Positions 35,089 through 48,009 of a stretch of 64,000 nucleotides of DNA are shown here, piece by piece. A program made the translations under genes and the position numbers. Each line of letters opens with the position of its first letter. The first letter of the stretch is position 1. This DNA comes from Minutocellus sp. GHC0000111. Taxonomy: Eukaryota. The notes under the pieces are model-generated. The model had not been told where the DNA came from. It saw only the letters and a program-made list of their open reading frames with translations, and did not search any database. The stretch lies in assembly GCA_977018835.1 (NCBI GenBank), contig OZ361256.1, positions 930,001-994,000 of the forward strand. The letters run 5' to 3'.

Positions 35089-35976
35089 CCTGCTACCTAG
35101 AATGTTGTCTCGTAACTTGATTGTAGGAGTGGTAGGAGAAAGACGATGGTCAGCTAGAAAGTAGTAGATAGACGAGCAAGTAAGGTGGATCTAATAGGGA
35201 CAATACATGTAGTAATCACCGCATGTCATTTTGCCAATGGTATTTCAGCAGGTGCTTGATTTCAGCTTGCTTGGTCCTCGTCGTGATCTCTGTCGGCCTT
35301 GATCTCTGCGATCGTTCGATGAAAAGACACCCGGAATTAGAAAACCGTTAAAGACCCGGAGAAAGTTTTGATACTCAATCAATTTTACAAGATGATCATG
35401 CTGCAAATGCATACAATGAGTTCGATACAAATATTTAGTGCAATAACCTGAAAGACACCCGGAATCATTCCAAGCAGATATTTGAAAATGAGCATAAGTG
35501 AAATTCGACTGTCGTCGGTCCAAAAGATGAGCTTTAGTTGCAGGGCAATCCTTTTCGTCTTGTCCAATCGGCATGATATCGCAGCACGGCCCTTACTTCG
35601 TAGTAGCAGTCTCTGTGCAGATATTATTCAGGCGAAGTTTCCTCCCTCTAGCTAGGTGGGTTGTATCGCAAGGAGAGAAGGTGCGCGTATCAGCACATCG
35701 CCTCACATCACACAGCAACCTTACTTTCACTTGGTCCGTTGGTCAGACAGAGATCGACTTGGGTTGAGATCTGAAGGTTTAGATCGTCACCTTAACTGAA
35801 CGACGCCAACGAAGACTAAGCACAAAGCCAGCTTTCCTCTTGATTGTCTGGCTGCGAATACTACTGCACAAACATTTCATTTATTTGCTTTCGATACAGA
35901 CAGACGGCTTGACAGGTTGTAAGCAAGGGCTGAGAAGGATCCAGTCAAGTGAGTGGCATTACAGAACCAACGAGCA

Positions 35977-38900
35977 ATGAAATTCTCACGAACAGTCCTC
36001 GGGGCTGCCGTCACGGCGGCATCACTTGTAGCCATGGCATCTCATGTCTCGGCTGCCACGGCAGCTGTCCCGTCGTCGCTGTCGTCGACCAACGTCGACG
36101 GCCTTCGGGGAGCCTCGTCAAGGGCAAAGACCGGCGGTCAGCGGAAGAAGAAGCGCAGCCTCGAGGGCGAGGCGATGCCCGTTGCCACAGCTGACACCCC
36201 TTCCAATTACGTGGCGACCGATGGCGCTACCGCCGAGGTTGACGCCAACGCCACCGAAACTACTTCCGCCATCGACTCCGTCGGCGGCTTCCGGGGCTAC
36301 GTCGATTCCTCTGCCTACACAGCCGCCCATTCCAACCTCGAAGGACACACTCTCAAGGGCGAGATCTTCACCGCCAAGAAGGCCACCTCATCCTGGTCGC
36401 AGTATCCCCACTATGGTTGGTACAATCCCAAGCCCAGCGACAAGAGTGACGACGAGAGCAAGAAGAAGTCCAGCAAATCATCACCCTCGTCCTCATCCTC
36501 CACATCCTCGAAGGGTACCAAGGCCTCCTCAAAGGGTACCAAGTCGAGCAAGGGCTCCAAGTCCAGCAAGAACAGCAAGGGCGGATCGCCATCATCCTCT
36601 TCCTCTTACGATGCCGATGGGCCCATCACCACCCCTGATACTTCAGGTGGATCCAAGCACAAGAGTAATGGGGCCGATGATGACATCAACGGTACTACAG
36701 GCGATTCCGACGACCGCCACAACCTTTGGCCCTCTTATTCGGCCTCCAGCGACGACGAGCATAAGTCTGGTGGGTCCAAGCACAAGACCAAGGTCAGCAT
36801 CGACGAGTCAGCCTCCTCGTCGGGCGACGGCGACGATGATATCGACAATGGTAGCATAGACAGCGACGACAGCAGCAATGATGGCAAGTACTACTGCACC
36901 GTCTCCCAGGTGAAGCACTGTTACGACCCATGCAAGGATGAGTCCGACTGTGCCCAGATGAAGGAGGGGAAGGAGAAGGATCAATGCAAGCTAAAGTGCT
37001 GGGACAAGTGTTGCCGCGACGACGACAGCGACAGCAAGGATGACACCACCGGAGGCTCCAAGCACAAGAGTGATGACGAAGATGACAAGTCCAAGTCTGC
37101 CACAGACCAATCTCCTCACCTTCGACTCTGCAGTACCGACGCAGAGCGCAAGTGCCGCGACGACTGCTTCGACAAGAAGTGCGACAGCTCCAACGGTGTC
37201 TTCACCGACTGCCATCGTCAGTGCCGATACAAGTGCTGCGATGATGACCGAGATGGCGGCAAGGATTCAGCCGATTCAGATGACGACGAGTCTATGGACT
37301 CTGATGACTCCGACGACGGCCAGTGCCACAAGGAAGGCGAGAAGGCCGTCGAGTGTGGTGCCGATCCCAAGGATGGACGCTTCCATGCCTGCTGCAAGGG
37401 TCTTAAGTGTTCTGATGATCGTACCTGCGTCAAGGATCCTAATTATGAGCCATCCTCCAAGTCCAAGCCCAAGCCTGACGACGCCGACGACGGTGTCAAG
37501 CTGTGTAATACCGACGCAGAGCGCAAGTGCCGCGACGACTGCTTCGACAAGAAGTGCGACAGCTCCAACGGTGTCTTCACCGACTGCCATCACGAATGCC
37601 GATACAAGTGCTGCGATGCCGACGATGGCGTCAAGGAGTCTGATGACTCTGATGATTCTGATGACTCCGACGACGGTCAGTGCCATAAGGAGGGCGAGAA
37701 GGCCGTCGAGTGTGGTGCCGATCCCAAGGATGGTCGCTTTCATGCCTGTTGCAAGGGTCTAAAGTGTTCTGATGATCGTACCTGCGTCAAAGACCCCGAA
37801 TATATCCCTTCCGACTCAGATGATGGTGAAGATGATGATGACGATACGCCCCTTTGCAATACCAACGAGGAGACTGAATGCCGCGAAAAATGCTACGAGC
37901 AAAATTGTGATATCGGTGAGAAGCAGTGCCGCAAGGAGTGCCGCCTCAAGTGTTGCGAGGAGGAAGACTCTGAAGAGAGCGGCGATACCGGTGGTGTCAC
38001 CAGACCTTCAGAGAACTCCGACGACGGTCAGTGCCTCAAGGATGGCGAAAAGGCCGTCGAGTGTGGTGCCGATCCCAAGGAAGGTCGGTTTGATGTGTGC
38101 TGTGAAGGATACATCTGCTCCGACGATCGTACCTGCGTCAAGGATCCCGATGCCCCTCCTGACTCAGATGATGAAGACTCCGATGATACACCTCTCTGCA
38201 ACACCGACGAGGAGAACGAGTGCAAGCTTGAATGTTACGAGAAGAATTGCGACGATGGTGAGCAGCAGTGCCGCAAGGAATGCCGTCAAAAGTGCTGCGA
38301 GAGGACCGAAGGCAGCCGCCCCTCAAGCGGTGAGGGGCGGCCCACTCGGGCGCCGACCAGGCGCCCAACGGGCACCGCTGCTCCGACTAGGGAAGAGCTA
38401 AGCTGTAATGGTATCAACCAGGGTGAGCGTGCTCGAATCATTTTCATGCGACTGTCTCTCATCAGCGATCCTGAAGATATGTTGGACCTGGACACTCCTC
38501 AGGGGCGTGCCTACGACTGGATTGTTTCCAAGGATGAGCGTCGTCTCTGTCCTCTCGAGGAGAACTTAGAGCAGCGGTATGCTCTGGCTGTTCTCTACTA
38601 CTCGACCGAAGGCGATGACTGGACCGATTGCAGCGCTAGAGATGATGATTGCGAGGGCAGCCGTGCATTCCCCGGTGCAGAGCCCTGGTTGAGCAAGGAG
38701 AGCGAGTGTGCCTGGGCAGGCATCTCGTGCAATGCCAGAAGCGAGGTTCGCAACATGGAGCTACGTAAGTGCTCGATTTCTTCATTGTGAATGAGAGTTT
38801 CTATGCATAACCTTCTTTCGATGAAGCCTTTTCTAACCGGGCTTTCTTTTTGCTTTCTCGTCTTTCCTCGCATTACTTCCATTTCAATCCACAGCCGACA

Positions 38901-40409
38901 ATAACCTGAGAGGTAGCATCCCTGATGAGATCCAAGTTTTCTCATCCTTGGACATCATTGGCCTTGAAGATAATAAGATCGGTGGGACCATTCCAGATAT
39001 GTTCAACGAGTCACTCATCCGCCTTCGTCTCAATAACAATCGATTGACGGGAGAGATTCCTTCGTCTCTGCCCTCTCGTCTCATCGCCCTCTACCTCAAC
39101 TCCAACGAGCTCGAAGGCACCCTCGACGGTGTAATTGGAAGTCTTTCCAATATGCGCCAGCTGCAACTCAACGACAACCAGCTGACGGGTGATATTCCCA
39201 ACAGTCTCGCCGACATGAAGAATCGCCGTATTGCTCGCTTCGAAGAGAATATGATTGAAGGGTCTATGCCCAACAGAGTTTGCAGGCAGAAGGAAGAAGC
39301 CGATGACAATGAGGAGAACGGAGACTCTGATTATCTCATGTGGCTTTCGGTCGATTGCGACAAGGTCGAATGCGATTGCTGTTCACCCTCCTGCGATGGT
39401 GAGACCGCTCCAACGCCGGACCGCCCATCTGCTCCCAGCCCAACCCCGAGACCACCGACGCCTCCATCAGTCAGTCCCGGAAACAGCGATGATGATCGAA
39501 TCCAGCAGATCTTCGACGAGCTCTCTGAAATTAGCGACCAGGATGAGCTGAATGATTTGGACACACCTCAGGGCAAATCCATCGTATGGCTCGTCACAGA
39601 GGACGAGAAGGAGCTGTGTCCTGGCGATGATACACTTGCGCAGAGATACATTCTCAGTGTTCTGTACTACTCAACGTCCGGTGATGATTGGACTGACTGC
39701 AGCCAGGATGACAACAGCTGTGATCGCAATGGCGATTCATGGCTCTCGGAGAGCAGCGAGTGCAACTGGGGCGGCGTTCAGTGCAACATGAAAGGTTTTG
39801 TTGAGACTATTGAGCTTGGTAAGTTCTTTGTTGTCTTTGCGTATGACCAAAGCAAAATTCGGTTCGTCATGTCTCCCGCGTATTTTCATGATACTTACCT
39901 CGTCTTTTGATTCTTTCCGTTTCCTTACTTCAGACGTGAACAATCGTGATGGAACCATCCCCGTCGAGATGAAGGACCTTGAATTCCTCGACATCCTCAA
40001 CTTTGAGAACAATAGACTTCGTGGCGAAATCCCCGAAGAGTTCAACGATACTCTGGTACGATTGAGACTGAACAAAAATCGTCTGACCGGTACTATTCCG
40101 GGTACTCTGTCTTCGAGGTTAGTTGCCCTCTATCTAGCCGACAATAACCTCGAAGGTACCCTCGATGACCTTCTCGAGGGCTCTCAGCTCCTAAATCGTT
40201 TGGAACTCGAGAATAATAGTCTCTCCGGAGACATACCCCCCAGTCTGTCTGAATTGACAAGCCTCAAGATTGCAAGATTTAATGGAAATGACTTTGAAGG
40301 GTCGATGCCCGACAAAGTATGCAACAACCCGGACCAAAACATTGCCATTCTGGCGGTCGATTGCGACAAGGTCGACTGCGATTGCTGTACACCAGCTTGT
40401 GCCCGATAA
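35977..40409 (+). CDS. Large secreted protein: silaffin-like K/S-rich region, Cys-rich repeats and two LRR modules; introns 38765-38894 and 39819-39933
   Basis: Signal peptide, RSL motif, KxxK clusters, repeated Cys modules, LxLxxNxLxGxIP repeats and DCDKVxCDCC caps. Both introns are GTAAG...CAG and restore the frame. Confidence 0.85.
37128..38300 (+). repeat. Intragenic tandem duplication of Cys-rich modules
   Basis: ~37128-37440 and ~37501-37800 are nearly identical. GAGTGTGGTGCCGATCCCAAGGA occurs three times. Confidence 0.9.
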
Positions 40410-40825
40410 AATATACCAGTGCAGTCGCAAAGGTAAAAATCATACGACCAGATTGGGGCTTTGGTCAATACCATCATTTCGTCAAAAAGCCGAAGAGGGA
40501 AATGGAAAATATATTTGCAGAGATGGGGTGTTCTGCTTTTTTATAAAACTTACCTTCCTTGGCCTCTTCTATTACGCATGTGTAGATAGAACTCTAAATA
40601 AAACATATACTTTAGGATTATTATTGATGTCGAAAGTGGTTTGTCCATAGTGGAACGTATTGTTATCAAATGGCTCAGCGTTAGCGGTGGATTCAGTCAG
40701 TCAAAGTCGAGTCTCTCGGGTGGCAAAGGGAAAAGAGGGAAAGACGTGGAATGAATTGAATTCGGGGTGTGGTCAACTACCCAACTTGACTGTGTTTTTG
40801 CACGGTTATTATTTCTTTGATCACC

Positions 40826-42032
40826 ATGAAGGTCTTTCCTATTCTCGCTCTATCACTTGTTGCCGGCGCCAAAGCCACTGCCCCATCGTTTATTCCCCGT
40901 CAGCGCACATCTTCCCATATCCTCAAGCTTCGTGGCGGCGCAGGGTGAGCACGACGGTAGTTTGCACAGAGCATTTGCTTGTTCATATCTCTCTGGGTTC
41001 GCAACTTTCTCTTCTCATCAGATTGATTAGATTCGTATCGCACGTTGAGGATTCAACCGATTATGTTGCGTACAAGCGCTCATAAAAGCCTAAATTTTGC
41101 CCCTCTTTCCCCCCACTCTCGTTGTGTCGTCGTTTGTTGACCCCAAAAGTCCTCTGGATCCCGAGATTGTTGCAAAGGGCTCGATGATCGCTTGTCTTGC
41201 ACAGGGTGCATTGGCAACGCTCGGGCCAAAGGTTTCGAATTCCCAGTATGGTTTGTCCGATGAGATAAACGACGATGTTCAGCAGTATCATGTGAGTAAC
41301 AATCGCGCACAAACTAAACACTTATCATCGACTATTATGTATTTATTGACGAGATACATGTTCGTACAATTCCATGCCCTCTACCTTTCGAACTCATACT
41401 TGTAAAAAAGACTTTTTTGTCATCATTTTCATCCACATCAGATGAAGCAGCTTGGCACGGGCATCCTCTCGCTTGGCATCATTGGGTACTATCTCTTTGT
41501 CAAAGATGCCGGTATTCAGAAGGGAATTAAAGTTGCCAACGTGCTTTGGGCGTATGAAATGGCCCGTAACATCTTGACCGGAGAGGCTAATTCCGGCGGC
41601 TACTCCGACACCACCATGCTAAAGGCTTGCGTGGCCATCTTCGCATTCGTAGCTTACGCCTGCACTCAAGACTTTGCTGATACCGCTATCAAGGCTACGT
41701 CCGTCCTCTGGGGTCTAACCGGCCTTCATTGCTACTTTGCTCCCGAAAGTGCCAAGAAGCTGTGGAGCATGAGCGAAACATCAGAGCGTAGCACTGATAA
41801 TTGCCGTGAGTTTGCTGTCTTCCTTCTCTCTTACTCAATCTTAGGTGGAAGCTTGGTCTTTTACGACGACATGACCAACTTTAAGGCTTGGGCCCTTGCA
41901 ATTCTTCCCTGGTTCCTCAACACCGCGAAAAATCTACTGACAGGAATGTTTGACAAGTACTCAATCAACCAGAACATGATGACCTTTTGGCTAATCTATC
42001 ACATTACTATTATTGTTACCCTTCTCCTTTGA
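40826..42032 (+). CDS. Multi-pass membrane protein with signal peptide and LRGG motif; exons 40826-40944, 41150-41291, 41442-42032
   Basis: MKVFPILALSLVAGAKA...ILKLRGGAG|PLDP. GTGAG donors and AG acceptors keep the frame. Several hydrophobic helices follow. Confidence 0.75.
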
Positions 42033-42183
42033 GAATGAACTTACTTTCTGGTGAGCTTTAGACCGATGTGCGGTCATTGATAGGAATTCCTATATATAGG
42101 CAATGTATAGGCGATATATATATTAGGGATTCGTCCCAACGATCACCTCACTCGCCTACTAGTGACATTCTTTGCTGATTTGT

Positions 42184-42578
42184 AACTGGGATAAATGAAT
42201 CTCAGTTCGCAAACTGGGATCTCAGTTTGCAAACTGGGATTTATTTATCCCAGTTTGCGCACTGAGCCTCAGTTCCCAAATTGGGATCTCAGTTTGCGCA
42301 CTGATGACATCAGCATGAAAACTGAGATAAATAAGCTAATCCGAATTTGGAAACCAGACGAGTTTGTAAACTGAAATATTCGTAAATACCACTTTTATGC
42401 CAGTTTGGAAACTACCAGTGCTGGCTCATGTGTAACAATTGTCTTTAGGTACATGCAATTTCAGTTTGCAAACTGAGATTGTGCCTGGGCAATGACTTTC
42501 CGAACTGGGATAAATAAATCCCAGTTCGCAAACTGAGATCCCAGTTCGCGAACTGGGACAGTGCGCATTTTGGGACTA
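42184..42578. mobile_element. Foldback/MITE-like element built from palindromic CAGTTYGCRAACTG units
   Basis: 56-bp inverted arms at 42200-42255 and 42503-42558 differ at 3 positions. The outer termini and TSD are not resolved. Confidence 0.6.
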
Positions 42579-42970
42579 ACATATACCATAATTGGTATAA
42601 TATATATCAACCCAAAGATGTGACAATTCAATATATGCTAGTATAATATATATAATAAAATAAACTTTTCCTTGCATGCTAAATATACATTGCAACATAT
42701 TAGAGTCTACATGTATAAGTAGAATCTACGCAAACGTTTATCAAATCCACACTCTTACCGGTGTGCGACACCCTCCGAATGCCATCTGTATGCACGTGTA
42801 CGTAGATCTAGAGTAAATGTCTAATTAAGAAATTGAAAATAGGAAATGCTACAATTGTACGAGCATTCGTCGAATCGTCTCAAATGGCACGGTTTTGGAC
42901 AGCTCTTGATGAGCAGATCAAGAGAAAATTTTGAACTGCGGAAAAATTCCATGTCGTCGACGACGAGTTT

Positions 42971-43373
42971 TCTTGAGTAGATTTTTTGCTTGGACAATTT
43001 CACTTGGACAAGTCAAATTACTGCTTGGACAACTTCACTTGGACAAATCAACAGCGAATTTGTCTACCTGAAAATTATTAATTACTGCTTGGACAAATCA
43101 ATGTAAAGTGTGTGTCTTTAGTAGAATTTTTGCTTGAACAATTTCACTTGGACAAGTCGAATTACTGCTTGGACAATTTCCACATAGCGAATTTGTCTAA
43201 CTGAAAATTATTAATTACTGCTTGGACAAATCAATGTAAAGTGTGCATCTTGAGTAGAATTTTTGCTTGGACAATTTCACTTGGACAAGTCAAATTACTG
43301 CTTGGACAATTTCACCACATAGCGAATTTGTCTAGCTAGCTGAAAATTATTAATTGCTGCTTGGACAAATCAA
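42971..43373. repeat. Three tandem units of ~130-145 bp, each with 4-5 CTTGGACAA sub-motifs
   Basis: Units start with TCTT(G/T)AGTAGA at about 42971, 43116 and 43248. Confidence 0.9.
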
Positions 43374-45154
43374 TGGTGGGTATAATGGCCAGGCAGGACG
43401 ATGGGTGGGACAATGACGACGATGTTGGGACGGTGGGCACCCTGACCACGACGGAGGCCGGCGAGATCAGTGAGGACGATGACGACGAAGACTATGTGCC
43501 CTGTCATGAGGAGGACGAAGCTGATGTTGCAAGAGAGGACGCTACACATGAAGCATGCACATGCAGCAGTGCTTTGAGAAGAATCGTCAGAAGCACGGTG
43601 ATGGCGAGCCAGAGATGGGAGCTGTCGATGATGCCGAGGATGACGATGCCCCTCACTTCCATTTCCTGAAAAAGGCCGGCATTGAGGCGGCCGACTCAGG
43701 TAAAATAAGGGCAGTGCTGGCAGAATGCTGGAGAGCTTTTTATCTATTAATATTTCTGATGGCAACAACAAGAAGAAACCAAGGACAATAGAGTTCATCC
43801 ACCATAACACCTCCACCAAAGGAACTCTCCTAGAGCACAATCGCGAGGAAGATGGCATGACGGATGACGACATAAAAGAGCTCTGCAAAGCTTGCTCTAA
43901 TTTGCTCCACACTCTTGACGCAACATATTCCAGGTTTCTGAAATGGTACATGAAATGGGATGATGAGGCAAAGAAGGCTGTGAGAGAGCTTGAAGCATTG
44001 ATTGCAAGTGCCCTCAAGCAAGCACGGGCAATCGGTATTAGCATGACGCCCAAGTGGCACTTACTCGAAGATCACATCTTGGACCAACACATGCATTTGG
44101 CTAGTGAAGAATGGATGGGGCGGCATCTGTTGGCTCGACGAATCGTTTGTAGAGCGAGCCCACCAAGAGGGCGTTAAGGAAGATCGTCGGACTCAGGGCG
44201 TCAAGGGACATGAGGCCCAACAGACGGCGCAGTTCAAGGCTGAGGAGAGGGCATCCAATCCAAAGGTCGAGGAGAGAGGCAGGGGAGCGAAACTCTCGGG
44301 TGGCAAGAACAAGGAAAAGGACAAGGACCGAAGCTGTTAAAGCAGAAACTGATGACAAGCGCCAACAAATGATCATGATGGCCACCGATGGAGATGAGGA
44401 TGTAGAGATGGGAGCAGGGCATGTATAAAATTAGAAAATGAAATTACACTACTACTGCACAACAACAAATGAATTGCATAAATCCAACATTTACAAACAG
44501 CATCGCGATTGAGCAAAAAAGTAAATAGTACACCCAAACAAACACATCACGTCCTTCTTAACTCACCCATTTATCTCCCAGACCAAAAAGTCCCTTTGTC
44601 GGGTTGATTGTTGCATAAACTTATCCCAATACTATCTGTCTCTCCTCGGGCGCAAAATTGTTGTCGGAATTCCGGGGGAGGTCGAGTGGGGATGCGATCG
44701 GTCTGGATCAGCGAGAGTCGGTCATACGGGGGGTGCGGCGCAATCCCGGCAGTTTATCATCAACAACAACGTGTGAAAGTACCAGAGGGTCTGGGGCATC
44801 ACAACGGGAGCACGACGAGCACAAAGACGGAGCAATGGCACCAACCACCCCAGAGAAACGAACGGCCGACAGATGGAGGAAAAGTAGGCCGATGGTTCGT
44901 GGCGTTGATACGCAGCGGAGGCCAATCTGAGGATACAGTAAGCTTCAACTATATCCAAACATGATAATGAATGCGTATTTGGTACGAAAATATAGACACA
45001 CGCCGGCGCAACGCCGACGGACCACCATGGTGTTGGACGGTCAAAGAATGGGTGACGAACGAGATTGGGTTTTGGTGGGTTTCTTCGTGACGTGTTCGTC
45101 TTCTGCCGAAAAACGCTTCATCCGACCGGCGAAACAAGACGAGATGGGGCTGTG
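43374..45154 (+). mobile_element. 5'-truncated second copy of the CACAG element
   Basis: Near-identical to 22804-24579. Similarity ends exactly at GGGGCTGTG (45154). Confidence 0.92.
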
Positions 45155-45311
45155 TTCATGCAAACACAAGGCAAGAGTGCAAGAGCAGAGCCGAGAAACC
45201 ACCGATAGTCGAGAATACGCCGCCGTTTCGGGAGTAATCAGCCATGAAGAACCCTCCGATGTGGTCGGTCTGCGGATGGGCCACGGCACGAATGCCCTTT
45301 CGGGCGATCAG

Positions 45312-47717
45312 ATGCCCGACGACCTTGCCGTCCAGCAAGATACGCCGCCGGCCACAAATTCTCCCTTCACGACGTCCAACTCCACCTTCCTGGAGCATGG
45401 CTCCAGTACATCGGCACGCGCCAAGTTCCCACCGGGATGTCCCGTCGTCTACCTCTCATCGCCGACCAGCATCACCAGTGGCAAGGTTTTGTCCGCGACG
45501 TACTCCAAGTCATCAAACGAGCACATCGTCTACACAATCCTTTCCGCAACCGCCAAGCATCCGGCGCCATCCACCGAGTCTGCACTCACTACCGTGACGG
45601 TTCCGCAGTCATCCGTCCACTTCCATCCCAGTTGTCCGATTCGCATCGATCTTTCCAATGCTTCATATCTTGCCATGCCCGATGCAACCGCCATCTCCGA
45701 GGGGGTGGCCGGTGCCAGGCTACTTCTAGAGAAGTCCGAGATCCTTGCTGGATATGCACGAACTGCTGCTACAACCACTGGGACTGATGACCTCGAAGAT
45801 ACCAACGGCGGAGCTAGAAGCGAGAAGGATTGGCCTAAAAGTGGGATTCAGTGGGCCTATTCTATCCGAATCACTCTCAAGGGTGGAAGAATTGTAAACT
45901 ACCACGGGGTAGACGAATCTTTGCTCTGCTACAACAACTACAGCAGCAGTCCCAACAATGACGATGGCATCAACGAGACCACCTTGCTTACTCAAGATTC
46001 TAATACTGTTACCGAAGGACCTAGCCGCCAGGTTACCCCTAAAGTTGTCCCACCTAGTGCATATTCTTCAAAATCTGCCGCTGAAGCTATGGAAAAGAGG
46101 GCCAAGAAGATGAAAATGAAGAACATCGCACACATTCGTAGAATCGATATCCCGTCCGAGCTCGTTACGCCCAAATACAACCTGATTGCGCAAGCCAAGC
46201 GCTATCTGGCCCATAAGCAAGGTCTTCACCTTGCGGATTTAATTCGGGATCTTGAGCGTCGTGTTCTCTGCCGTGTCTTCCTGTACGACCAGGCCGCGAA
46301 GAAGCAGAGTGCCCAGCACGTGAGCAAGCTGTGCGGCGACCTCAGTCCTCGACACGACGATGTATGTGTCTTCCTCCGTGCTCGTGATGCACCTACAGCT
46401 GATTGGGGGGCTGATACGATGGTACGTATTTTTGCCGATTCCTTTGGGAGGGATCCGGACGATGCTCGGTACCTAGAAGGCCGGATGTTTTCATCGGTGT
46501 GTGGGACAACGATGGAAGATGCACGCTTTGAAGAGCTTCCACCATCCTTGGAAGGTAGGAATAGTGACTCAGCCAGTGGCCGTTCTTCCAATCTTTCAGG
46601 ATCTGTTCGGACCTACGATGATACCAGTAGTAGCCATCCCTCTGAATCAGTTACCACCGTCCAGAGCAACAAACGAAGCAAGACGGATCATTTGTATCCC
46701 GCTGGTACTGTTCACATCAGAAGAATTGATATACCCAACGACTTGAATGGCAAGGCTCTACGCAAGGCCATTCTTGGCTCGGACTATTCGATCAATAGTG
46801 TTGAATCTGATCTCAAGTGCAGAATTTCCTTCTTTCACGACAGGAAGAAGAACATCCGTTGGGATGACATGGCAAAGAGCTTTGATTCTCTCTGCCCAAT
46901 GCACGGCGACCTCTGCGTTCTTGTCCGTGGTTGGACCCCAGCTATTGTTGATAACGCATGCGACGCTATGATTGAAAAGATTGTCAACGATTTGGGCAGA
47001 CGCCGCAGATACGCCAAAGATCTTGAGCGGGAACTGGCCAGATCAATCCGGACTGCAACCGTCATTGATGGTGGATTCACGGAACCGCTCTCCAGCGCCA
47101 AGGCTCTCATTTCGCGCATCGACCTTCCAGATTGGCTTGATAAGACAGAGGTGGCCTCGGGACTAATTGGTCCTAGAGGTCGCAGTGTTTCGCGTTTGAT
47201 GAAAGTGTCGAATTGTAATATCAAAGTCAAGGGGCAAGGTGTCCGAGATTTCGGCGGGGATCCGGACGCCGACACCCTTTTTGTTACCTTTGAGGGCGAT
47301 ACCGAGGAGAAGATGTCATTGGCATATGAATTGGTACAATCTGAGCTCCTGAAGCACATTGACCAAGAGCAGCACGACCGCTTGCTTTATGATCTTGAGG
47401 CATCTTGCAACGGATATCGCACGGCTTCATTGATTGCCGAGGGGGTTCCTACTGTGTACCAGAGCTCTCTTCATGGCAGGCAGCCATGCTGGATAAACGT
47501 TGTGCCCATTCCATGGCAATGCGCCGAGGAAATCAAGGACTACCTGAGGACGCGCTACATTGCAATGAGCGAAGAATCGGGTTGCAGCATTGACATCTTC
47601 GGAGTAGGAGCAGATGGGAAGTACAAGTACTATCCCAATTTGCTGGTGTCAGGGAACTTGGAACGTGAGGTCGATCATGGAGTTTCCTTGGTTCGCGCAA
47701 GCATCCAAAACTTTTGA
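45312..47717 (+). CDS. Multi-KH-domain RNA-binding protein; true start uncertain (45276 or 45312)
   Basis: One clear KH domain (RIDLPDW...GLIGPRGRSVSRLMKVSNCNIKVKGQG) and degenerate HIRRIDIP repeats. The first ~65 codons of the computed 918-aa ORF are transposon sequence. Confidence 0.75.
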   Translation: MPDDLAVQQDTPPATNSPFTTSNSTFLEHGSSTSARAKFPPGCPVVYLSSPTSITSGKVLSATYSKSSNEHIVYTILSATAKHPAPSTESALTTVTVPQSSVHFHPSCPIRIDLSNASYLAMPDATAISEGVAGARLLLEKSEILAGYARTAATTTGTDDLEDTNGGARSEKDWPKSGIQWAYSIRITLKGGRIVNYHGVDESLLCYNNYSSSPNNDDGINETTLLTQDSNTVTEGPSRQVTPKVVPPSAYSSKSAAEAMEKRAKKMKMKNIAHIRRIDIPSELVTPKYNLIAQAKRYLAHKQGLHLADLIRDLERRVLCRVFLYDQAAKKQSAQHVSKLCGDLSPRHDDVCVFLRARDAPTADWGADTMVRIFADSFGRDPDDARYLEGRMFSSVCGTTMEDARFEELPPSLEGRNSDSASGRSSNLSGSVRTYDDTSSSHPSESVTTVQSNKRSKTDHLYPAGTVHIRRIDIPNDLNGKALRKAILGSDYSINSVESDLKCRISFFHDRKKNIRWDDMAKSFDSLCPMHGDLCVLVRGWTPAIVDNACDAMIEKIVNDLGRRRRYAKDLERELARSIRTATVIDGGFTEPLSSAKALISRIDLPDWLDKTEVASGLIGPRGRSVSRLMKVSNCNIKVKGQGVRDFGGDPDADTLFVTFEGDTEEKMSLAYELVQSELLKHIDQEQHDRLLYDLEASCNGYRTASLIAEGVPTVYQSSLHGRQPCWINVVPIPWQCAEEIKDYLRTRYIAMSEESGCSIDIFGVGADGKYKYYPNLLVSGNLEREVDHGVSLVRASIQNF

Positions 47718-48009
47718 TTCAATTTGTATTCGATTCACAGGCTTGAAAGAAGAATATATCCACCGATGTTGTTTATGAAAAGGTCGCCCATCGCGAAATA
47801 GAACGGAGGCGGTAAAATGAAGTGGAGATGCAAGTAGAAGTTGTAACAAGAGAGCAACATACATCTAACATTTAGGCACAAGCCATATATACACACCATC
47901 GTCAAGCAATATAAGAAGAACGATTGTTTGGCGCGGCCAATCCTGCAAGTCCATTACCGCTATTTTCCGGGATCTCATGGCCTTTTTCTCTCCCCGACAA
48001 AGCAGCTGA

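Noticed and set aside
42971..43373. CRISPR-like array (recurrent CTTGGACAA)
   Set aside because: The intervening sequences repeat as well, so there are no unique spacers. No cas genes are present and the context is eukaryotic.
44961..45154. Native N-terminus of a 918-aa protein
   Set aside because: This part is nearly identical to 24386-24579 and is transposon end sequence.
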